Shown here piece after piece: positions 1 to 6,387 of a stretch of DNA of 32,507 nt (its first letter is position 1; each line of letters opens with the position of its first letter). The notes beneath the pieces were generated by a model, which did not search any database, was not told the origin of the DNA, and saw only the letters and a list, made by a program, of their open reading frames with translations. The stretch spans positions 1-32,507 of the forward strand of contig JAHJQY010000011.1 in the NCBI GenBank assembly GCA_018819015.1, read 5' to 3'. A program made the translations under genes and the position numbers. Origin of the DNA: Patescibacteria group bacterium (GTDB lineage: Bacteria > Patescibacteriota > Minisyncoccia > JAHISW01 > Tagabacteraceae).

Positions 1-1
1 T

Positions 2-193
2 ATCGTTAAGGAAGCAGGTTTCGAAGAGATTAAGGTTGTAATTCGTCACCCACTTACTCCTCCAGAGGTAACAAAAATGGCTTCTTGTCCGACTGAAGAA
101 CTGATTTCTCCGGTTACAAAAGAAGATATTGTTCAAGCCCGAGGTAAAATAGTCAGCCTTAAGTTCACGGCAATCAAACCACAGACTAGTTAA
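2..193 (+). CDS. 3' end of a gene running in from the left edge; resembles the C-terminus of an arsenite/SAM-dependent methyltransferase
   Basis: Own translation of frame 2: IVKEAGFEEIKV...GKIVSLKFTAIKPQTS*, stop TAA at 191-193. The AGF..I and S.K.TA.KP pattern recalls ArsM-like C-termini. Confidence 0.45.
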   Translation: MVKEAGFEEIKVVIRHPLTPPEVTKMASCPTEELISPVTKEDIVQARGKIVSLKFTAIKPQTS

Positions 194-340
194 TCTAAAG
201 TGCTAAAGCTATACAAAAAGCATCTGGTATGAGATTACTTGATCTGTTCGTAACATTAGCAACTTAGGAAATATTATAGGAGAAAATTAAAAAAGAATTT
301 GCCGCCAAAGAAAAACTTGAAATCGTCCAATCCGAAAGGG

Positions 341-456
341 TCGCTTCTGCGGGCGGGCGGAAGGGGGGGTTGGGGGGAATTCCGCCACGCCCGAGCGAAT
401 ACAAAAAGCGGAGCGTCAAAATTCGCAGTCCGGATTTTCTTCAAAAAAAGTTCGGA
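341..456 (+). other. GC-rich structured non-coding element (long hairpin with poly-G loop plus a second hairpin)
   Basis: Pairings 341-345/394-398, 350-355/388-393 and 356-362/380-386 enclose a G7-TT-G6 loop. A second stem at 429-456 has G.U pairs on the + strand. Confidence 0.5.
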
Positions 457-515
457 TTTTAACCAAAAGGCACCGCCAGATTACCAAGTTAGAACCGTGG
501 TAAAATAAGGCGGTT

Positions 516-737
516 ATGCAAAAACCATATTACGAAAAACCGAAATTCAAACTATACCAAGCAGATTGCTTGAATATTCTTGCTGAACTTCCCGAAAATT
601 CGGTTGATATGGTTTTTGCCGATCCGCCCTATCTTCTTTCAAATGGTGGGTTTACTGTTCACGCTGGACGGCGCGTTAGTGTCAACAAAGGCGAATGGGA
701 TAAAAGCAACGGATTAAAATATGAAGTTATCATTTGA
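516..737 (+). pseudogene. Truncated beta-class adenine DNA methyltransferase (DpnA/M.DpnIIB-like), N-terminal ~68 aa only
   Basis: SVDMVFADPPYLLSNGGFTVHAG...VSVNKGEWD is the DpnA-type motif IV region. The SAM-binding FxGxG motif is missing and the frame runs into the next gene's start. Confidence 0.85.
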
Positions 738-1554
738 AACACAACTTGCGGATAATTATACAAGCCAATCTCAAAAGGTGCGTGTTTTAACCGAGGCGTG
801 GGTCGATAGTGCCATTTATTGCCCTAATTGTGGGCATTTGGATATCGATAAATATCCAAACAATCAGCCGGTTGCAGATTTTTATTGCTCAAATTGTAAA
901 GAAGAATACGAGCTAAAAAGTAAGCAAGCAAGTGTTGGTGCAAAAATTGTAGATGGTGCGTACCGGACAATGATTGAACGATTGCAAGGCAGTAATAATC
1001 CCAACTTTTTTCTACTTAACTACGATTTACAAAGTTTTGAGTCTGAATTTACTACAAAAAGAGACAAAAAAGGCGTTCCAATTGGTAATCTAACTTCTCA
1101 AATTCTGGTTAACATTTATATGAATGAAATGGATCAATTTATAAAACAGAAATTGAAAGCAATAAATTATATCCGTTATGCTGATGATTTTATTGTTGTT
1201 CATTATGATACAAATTATTTGGCTGATTTATTGCTTAAAATTGAGGTTTTTCTCAAGAAAGAACTTAAAATTCGTTTACACCCGGGTAAAGTAACTATTC
1301 GTAAATATTGCCAGGGAGTCGACTATTTAGGATATGTTATTTTGCCTAAAGCAATTATATTAAGAACTAAAACCAAGCAAAGGATTTTTAGGAAGCTAAA
1401 ACAGAGAGTCAATGAATACAAAAAAGGTAAAATCGATGAGCATGCCTTAATGCAAACTTTTAATTCATATCTCGGGGTATTAAGTCACGCAAATAGCAAT
1501 AAACTTGAACAAGAAATACGACATAAGATGTGGGAGTGGCTTAAAGAAAATTGA
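721..1554 (+). CDS. In-frame chimera: DpnI/Dam-replacing endonuclease N-terminus (aa 1-107) fused to the C-terminal half of a DGR-type reverse transcriptase
   Basis: The N part has SQKVRVLTE, CPNCG, NNQPVADFYCSNCKEEYELKSK and DGAYRTMIERL (DpnI). The C part has GVPIGNLTSQ, YIRYADD, LHPGK, GVDYLGY and SYLGVLSHANS (RT motifs 4-7 and thumb). RT motifs 1-3 are absent. Confidence 0.88.
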   Translation: MKLSFETQLADNYTSQSQKVRVLTEAWVDSAIYCPNCGHLDIDKYPNNQPVADFYCSNCKEEYELKSKQASVGAKIVDGAYRTMIERLQGSNNPNFFLLNYDLQSFESEFTTKRDKKGVPIGNLTSQILVNIYMNEMDQFIKQKLKAINYIRYADDFIVVHYDTNYLADLLLKIEVFLKKELKIRLHPGKVTIRKYCQGVDYLGYVILPKAIILRTKTKQRIFRKLKQRVNEYKKGKIDEHALMQTFNSYLGVLSHANSNKLEQEIRHKMWEWLKEN

Positions 1555-1704
1555 AATAAAAAAGGGACAGCCGAGACCTGCTGCCCACATTGACTGAAAC
1601 CCCAAAGGGCTCCAATTGTGGAGGACCGGCTGCCCCTTTCAGTCCACAATTGGACTAAAAAGACAGCGGCCCGTTGGGGGTATTCCCAGTCAATGTAGGC
1701 AGCA
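1555..1704 (-). ncRNA. Candidate structured ncRNA of unknown family
   Basis: Nested stems at 1579-1596/1687-1704, 1600-1610/1669-1679 and 1611-1622/1643-1654, plus a loop-to-tail pairing 1627-1639/1561-1573. Most non-Watson-Crick positions are G.U on the minus strand. A TATACT box lies at 1710-1715 and a U-tract at the 3' end. Confidence 0.6.
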
Positions 1705-1749
1705 CTTTTAGTATACTATAAAATCATATAAAAATAAAGAAATAAAGAA

Positions 1750-1773
1750 GGGTAGATCATTTCTGATCTACCC
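1750..1773 (-). terminator. Rho-independent terminator of the 1864-2586 gene
   Basis: Perfect 10-bp stem GGGTAGATCA-GAAA-TGATCTACCC followed by a T-rich run on the minus strand. Confidence 0.8.
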
Positions 1774-1808
1774 CTTTGATTGCACCTTAGTGCAAAAAAT
1801 TGTAGCGA

Positions 1809-1821
1809 CCGCCTTCGGCGG
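1809..1821 (-). other. GC hairpin with GAA triloop downstream of the putative DGR target (possible retrohoming hairpin)
   Basis: CCGCC-GAA-GGCGG on the minus strand, about 42 nt after the stop codon. Confidence 0.45.
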
Positions 1822-1863
1822 AAACAAAGAACAAGAAACCGAAAGGTCCGAAGTGCCGAGAAC

Positions 1864-2586
1864 CTAAACCCGACTACGGCAGGAAGCGGAACCCCACTTG
1901 TCATTCGAGCTGCCGAAGTAGCTCCAGTCAAGCAACGGCTTGTCGTCGTCGAGGTAGACATCCGGCACAAGGTCGGCGTGCGGGTAGCGGGAACCTGTGC
2001 AGTCCACGTAGTGCTCAGAGAGCACGTTAGTGTGAATGCATACGGCGATACCCTCATCAACCGTCAGGCAGGATCGTTTCTGCTCTGTGATGAGCTTCTC
2101 TGCCTTTTCGGGCGACTTACCGACCATGTCTTTGCCGTCTTCCACGTCGTAGATGAAATACGGATTCTTCGGGGTTTCCACTTGGTCGATGATCTCGTTC
2201 GGATCGAGGTAGGTGTAACCCACCTTATCACCGTTGCGGACCATGGGCATAAGTCCGTAGATGCCCATACAGGTTCGCGGAATCACAGGCACGAACGGGA
2301 TGTGTTCTTCGGGAATCTCCATCTCGGCCGCTTTGGACAGCACGGCGTCACGCTGGTTGCTGAACGCTTCCATGATCGCCTGCGGACAGCCCCGGGACTT
2401 CAGAGCCTCCATCTGACTGTCGAACAGTTTTGCAAATCCGTTCTTGCGTTCCTGCACCGTTTCGACAGTAGCCTGTTGTCTTGCCTCCGTCACCACATCA
2501 TCGATCTCTTCCACTGTCAGCCCCTTAAAAAAGGCTGTCAGTTTGGCCACGAGGCCTTCACGTTGGTCTTTGCACAGCTTTGCCAT
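1864..2586 (-). CDS. DUF5701-like protein, probable C-type-lectin fold; candidate DGR target
   Basis: PYFIYDVEDG...RSCLTVDEGIA...GSR...VPDVYL...PLLDW...WGSASC matches my recollection of DUF5701. Strong SD (AAGGAGG), with its own promoter and terminator. Confidence 0.75.
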   Translation of the reverse strand: MAKLCKDQREGLVAKLTAFFKGLTVEEIDDVVTEARQQATVETVQERKNGFAKLFDSQMEALKSRGCPQAIMEAFSNQRDAVLSKAAEMEIPEEHIPFVPVIPRTCMGIYGLMPMVRNGDKVGYTYLDPNEIIDQVETPKNPYFIYDVEDGKDMVGKSPEKAEKLITEQKRSCLTVDEGIAVCIHTNVLSEHYVDCTGSRYPHADLVPDVYLDDDKPLLDWSYFGSSNDKWGSASCRSRV

Positions 2587-2679
2587 GGCAAACCTCCTTC
2601 TGTTGGTTTTGGTTTACGTATACGTTTTGTCAAACTGCAGTTTGTTATACATTAACACAATTATTCAGTATAACAATTA

Positions 2680-2708
2680 AGTATAGCATATAAGGCTATA
2701 CTTGTCAA
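2680..2708 (-). promoter_or_regulatory. Near-consensus sigma70 promoter with an overlapping palindromic operator
   Basis: TTGACA (2708-2703), 17-nt spacer, TGn-TATACT (2685-2680). Inverted repeat AAGTATAGC-N7-GCTATACTT at 2679-2703. Confidence 0.8.
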
Positions 2709-2734
2709 TGGTTTTGGTGTAAAAATAGCTAATT

Positions 2735-2956
2735 TTAGCTATTTACCCCACTATTTTTATTTATAGAGTTAATATAACTGCAATAATCACAGTCTGGATA
2801 AGCCTGCGGAATGTTATTGCTGTTTAAACATTTATGAGCACCAACGATAGTTTTTTCAACCCAAGAATCGTTGCCTTTATAAGGAATCAACGTAACATCA
2901 AAGTCCAACTTAGCATCAAATGCCTCACGATCCGCTTTGCCATTGCAATAAACAAA
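2735..2956 (-). pseudogene. C-terminal fragment of a PD-(D/E)XK nuclease family protein (not in the ORF track)
   Basis: Own translation: FVYCNGKADREAFDAKLDFDVTLIPYKGNDSWVEKTI...CLNSNNIPQAYPDCDYCSY...*. There is no start codon, and an in-frame stop lies just upstream at 2963-2965. Confidence 0.7.
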
Positions 2957-3217
2957 ATTAAATTAAAAGATTCGTTAAAAAAGCTTGAGGAAATTGTTAA
3001 ATGGTTTGAAGAACAGAAAGAGGCGGATGTTGAAGTGGGACTTGAAAAGGTAAAAGAGGGGGCAGCCTTAATTAAAGAGAGCCGGAAGCAACTAGGGAAA
3101 TTAGAAAATGAATTTGAAAAAGTTAAGGCAGACATCGAAGAAGAAAACGATATTGATTATCCAGTAGAAGGAGATGAGGAGGATGGTAAATCCGATTCCA
3201 AAGATATACCTTTTTAA
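2948..3217 (+). pseudogene. xseB: Exodeoxyribonuclease VII small subunit, 5' end apparently lost, with an acidic tail ending DIPF
   Basis: LKDSLKKLEEIVKWFE...DVEVGLEKVKEGAALIKESRKQL fits XseB. The upstream part of ORF 2834-3217 is the antisense of the nuclease fragment. No xseA is in the window. Confidence 0.75.
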
Positions 3218-3223
3218 AATCAA

Positions 3224-3610
3224 ATGGCGAACATACAAGAATATATTAATAATAGGCATAAGTATAAGGTAAACCTGGATTATCAGCGTCCGCCTGGTGC
3301 ATGGTCCAAAGAAGACAACCAGTGCCTTATAGACACCGTATTGCGTAATGAGCCTATCGTTATTTTCTTTAATTAGAGAAATTGCCAAACGTCCGTTTAT
3401 GCGTGAGTCAGTTGGCATTTCTCAAAGTAGATATGGTAATTATCCTGATGCAGCTCGGATATTATTTTATGAAAAACTTGGCATTAGAGACTCTGGAACA
3501 CCCTCCTTAATAAATTTTTTCGAAGAACACAATAGGTGGCTGGTCAGAAAAAATCGTTACTTTGAGACGAGATATTTTGATAAAGGAATTTTTAAACAAA
3601 TATCCTCTTG
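3224..3610 (+). pseudogene. Fragments of a DUF262 (GmrS/ParB-like) protein in different frames
   Basis: 3224-3376 reads MANIQ...VNLDYQRPPGAWSKEDNQCLIDTVLRNEPI...* (YQR..W..LID..L..PI motif). Protein-like pieces follow in separate reading segments (LIREIAKRPF..., GGWSEKIVTLRRDIL...); assigning them to the same gene is inference. Confidence 0.6.
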
Positions 3611-3730
3611 TTAGACCCCCGACCCACATGCCTAAAAATCGCTCTGGAAAATCTTTCAGAATAGCCTTATACTGTTTGTGTACCTTGGGTCCGAGTGTCC
3701 CGTCCGGTATTTCTTTGAAAAAATAGAACA

Positions 3731-4300
3731 ATGGAGGTAAGGCAAGTGATTAAGAAAGGTTTAATTCTGTTTTTTTCTGTTTTTTTGGTTTTCGTTTTTT
3801 GTCCCAATATCTACGCCGCAGATAGCAGAGAAGAAGCTAGAAAAGAGTATTTGCGTATATACGAAAATTATTTACGCAGTCCCAAAGAAGGTGATTACAA
3901 TAAGATTGTTAAAGAATTGGCAATTGATAAATACGAAGATTTTATTAAGAAATATCCCGAAAGCGATTTAGTTGACGAAGCCGAGCTTAGAATTGCTGAA
4001 TTTTATAGCGTCATAGGTCAAACGTGGAAAGCGAAAAAATGGCTGGATGACATTATAAAAAATCACCCGCAAGGTTATCATGATAGCATCAAAGTTAATT
4101 TTGCCTGCGACGGAAGAAGTTATTCAAGTTTTGAATTATTGCCCCTACGGGAAAAAACCGCCGCCTGGGCATTGTATTACAGGGGAGCTTGGTTTTCTAA
4201 AAACAGGCGCGAAGACTTAAATAGAGTGGTAAAGGAATACAAAGACAGCGAGAAGCCGATTAGGTTGTCTGAATATATTTTGCGGAAAATAAAAAAATAG
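3731..4300 (+). CDS. Secreted TPR-like (BamD/YbgF-type repeat) protein
   Basis: Signal peptide (IYA-AD), then AIDKYEDFIKKYPESDLVDEAELRIAE and IIKNHP helical repeat motifs. Confidence 0.65.
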   Translation: MEVRQVIKKGLILFFSVFLVFVFCPNIYAADSREEARKEYLRIYENYLRSPKEGDYNKIVKELAIDKYEDFIKKYPESDLVDEAELRIAEFYSVIGQTWKAKKWLDDIIKNHPQGYHDSIKVNFACDGRSYSSFELLPLREKTAAWALYYRGAWFSKNRREDLNRVVKEYKDSEKPIRLSEYILRKIKK

Positions 4301-4310
4301 GGAGGCCGGA

Positions 4311-4808
4311 ATGAACAGTTTGAAATTTGATTTAAGGACTACATACCTTGAAAGGCTTGCGGATTCTGTGGGATCCGGGTTATTTAGAAGATGTTTTTGT
4401 AAAGATGATAAAGGCGCTTTGGTAGACGTTTGTAGCGCCGGCTTGTTTGCTTGTGTCGTCTTTGCTTCCAATTTCTTAAAAATACACGATTTGATTAAGG
4501 TGTCGATGGCCAATGTCGGAACTTTTGAAAATGAATTGATTTCTTGCGGCTGGACAGTTTTTTCGGGCGGAGGCGATCCGCCAGCGGGCTCTGTTTTGTT
4601 CTGGGAGCCGAGGATGGGCAGCGATGGTAATTTGCATCGTCACGTTGGATTCTATTATTTTGACGAATTAGCCATAAGCAATGACCCCAGAAATTTAAAG
4701 GAGGGCAGCACGCGCGCCCCCATTATGCACAAAATGGACTGCAGCGATGTTTTGGGTTATGTTAGAAAAATTGAAAAAGTTTATTTTCATCCGTTGTTGA
4801 AGTGTTGA
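4311..4808 (+). CDS. Hypothetical protein, possibly NlpC/P60-CHAP-like Cys/His amidase fold
   Basis: ACVVFAS...GSVLFWE...HRHVGFY...AISN spacing. SD GGAGG upstream. Confidence 0.5.
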   Translation: MNSLKFDLRTTYLERLADSVGSGLFRRCFCKDDKGALVDVCSAGLFACVVFASNFLKIHDLIKVSMANVGTFENELISCGWTVFSGGGDPPAGSVLFWEPRMGSDGNLHRHVGFYYFDELAISNDPRNLKEGSTRAPIMHKMDCSDVLGYVRKIEKVYFHPLLKC

Positions 4809-4817
4809 AATAAAATA

Positions 4818-4849
4818 GTCCCCGGCCATTTTAAGGCGCGGGGATTTTT
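4818..4849 (+). terminator. Probable terminator
   Basis: Imperfect TCCCCG...CGGGGA stem followed by TTTTT. Confidence 0.5.
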
Positions 4850-4864
4850 GTTATAATTAATTTT

Positions 4865-5512
4865 ATGCAAGTTATACCCACTATAAATGCGGATTCTTTT
4901 GAAGAAATTCAAGAGCGTATAAAATTGATTGAATCTTATACTGATCCCGCCAAGGGCGGGATAAATTGGGTTCAGATTGACGCGGCCGACGGCACTTTTA
5001 CCAAAAATACGATTTGGCACAATGCCGGCGATTTGTTGTCTATTGAAACTCCGCTGAACATTGAGGTTCATTTGATGATTGATAAAATAGAAGACAGGGT
5101 GGAAGATTGGTTTTTGGCGCCGGTTAAAAGAATAATTTTTCATTTGGAGGCCGCCAAAGACCCGCATTTTGTCGTAAAAAAATGCAAAGAGGCGGGCAAA
5201 GAAGTCGGGGTGGCGATTGGGCCGGATACCCCTTGGACGCGGCTGGTGCCTTTTTATGGAAGAGTTGATTTGTTCCAGATTTTGGCGGTTTATCCCGGGC
5301 TGGCCGGCCAGAAATTTATTGAAGAAAGTTTGGAAAAGATAAGCGATTTACGAAAAAATTGCCCGGATGCTATAATTGAAGTTGACGGCGGCATAAATAA
5401 AGAAACGGCGAAAAAATGCAAAGAAGCGGGAGCGGATATTGTTTCAGCCGCCAGCTATATATTTAACAGCAAAAATATTGAACAATCTATAAATAATTTA
5501 AAATGTCTTTAA
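4865..5512 (+). CDS. rpe: Ribulose-phosphate 3-epimerase
   Basis: IDAADGTF, EVHLMI, FHLEA, VYPGLAGQKF and IEVDGGIN motifs. Confidence 0.93.
   Translation: MQVIPTINADSFEEIQERIKLIESYTDPAKGGINWVQIDAADGTFTKNTIWHNAGDLLSIETPLNIEVHLMIDKIEDRVEDWFLAPVKRIIFHLEAAKDPHFVVKKCKEAGKEVGVAIGPDTPWTRLVPFYGRVDLFQILAVYPGLAGQKFIEESLEKISDLRKNCPDAIIEVDGGINKETAKKCKEAGADIVSAASYIFNSKNIEQSINNLKCL
4944..4962. repeat. Intragenic palindromic element (CCGCC-nnn-GGCGG type) in rpe
   Basis: ATCCCGCC-AAG-GGCGGGAT, a perfect 8-bp stem encoding DPAKGG. Confidence 0.65.
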
Positions 5513-6387
5513 GCGACGAAAGGATAAAATTTTTGGAAGAAAAGGCCAACGAAATCAGGCAGGATATTATAAAAATGCTTTTGGAAGCCGGTTCCGGCCA
5601 TTCGGCCGGTCCCTTGGGAATGGCGGATATTTTTACCGCTTTGTATTTTGAAGTTTTAAAACATGACCCCGGTCGGCCGGATTGGGAGGAACGCGATCGG
5701 CTGGTTTTGTCAAACGGCCATATTTGTCCCGTACAGTACGCCACAATGGCTCATGCGGGGTATTTTCCTGTTGAAGAACTGAAAACATTGCGGAAATTCG
5801 GCAGCCGTTTGCAGGGCCATCCTCATAGGACCGCGTTGCCGGGGCTGGAAACCAGTTCCGGGCCTCTTGGCTCCGGTCTTTCGCAGGCGGCGGGAATGGC
5901 CATTGCCGCAAGAATTGATTTGTCCAAGGAAGAGGGCAGCAGTTCTGATAATCCGATTTGGATTTATTGCTTGATGGGGGATGGAGAGCTTGATTGCGGG
6001 CAAGTTTGGGAAGCGGCCATGTTGGCTGGCAAAGAAAAACTTTATAATATCATCGGAATTATAGACAGAAATAATATTCAGATAGATGGTTTTACCGAAG
6101 ATGTTATGCCTTTGGAGCCGCTTAAAGATAAATTTGAATCTTTTGGCTGGCATGTTTTGGAAATAGACGGCCATAATATGGAAGCGATAATCGGCGCCAT
6201 AAACGAATCCAAGGCGGTTTTTAACAAACCATCGCTTGTTATCGCGAAGACTATTCCCGGCAAGGGAGTGGATTTTATGGAAAGGGAATTTTCCTGGCAC
6301 GGAAAATCTCCTAATTCAGAGGAAGCAGAAAAGGCGCTGGCGCAATTAAGAACATTACAAGGTAAAATTAAGAGCGAGCATGAATAA
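5503..6387 (+). CDS. Transketolase, N-terminal (TPP-binding) subunit
   Basis: GSGH, RDRLVLSNGH, LQGHP and the GDGE...DRNN TPP motif. Confidence 0.95.
   Translation: MSLSDERIKFLEEKANEIRQDIIKMLLEAGSGHSAGPLGMADIFTALYFEVLKHDPGRPDWEERDRLVLSNGHICPVQYATMAHAGYFPVEELKTLRKFGSRLQGHPHRTALPGLETSSGPLGSGLSQAAGMAIAARIDLSKEEGSSSDNPIWIYCLMGDGELDCGQVWEAAMLAGKEKLYNIIGIIDRNNIQIDGFTEDVMPLEPLKDKFESFGWHVLEIDGHNMEAIIGAINESKAVFNKPSLVIAKTIPGKGVDFMEREFSWHGKSPNSEEAEKALAQLRTLQGKIKSEHE

Noticed and set aside
299-508. 69-aa ORF
   Set aside because: TTG start and low-complexity G-run translation; the DNA is better explained as a structured element.
721-1704. Retron interpretation (RT plus msr/msd with a1/a2 repeats)
   Set aside because: The RT has the DGR-type GNLTSQ and LGY motifs rather than retron QGA and VTG, and the RNA is downstream and antisense.
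1555-1704. SRP RNA call, from GAAAGGGGCAGCC
   Set aside because: It lacks the CAGG-stem-GNRA-stem-AGCAG helix-8 geometry.
1780-2655. 291-aa + strand ORF (also 1716-2060 and 2444-2680)
   Set aside because: Antisense or alternate-frame shadows of the GC-rich DUF5701-like gene, which has the SD, promoter and family motifs.
2834-2947. N-terminal extension of XseB in the ORF track
   Set aside because: It is the reverse complement of the PD-(D/E)XK nuclease fragment.
5915-5955. Short insertion (LSKEEGSSSDN) in the transketolase N subunit as another palindromic element
   Set aside because: No convincing inverted repeat remains in the DNA.
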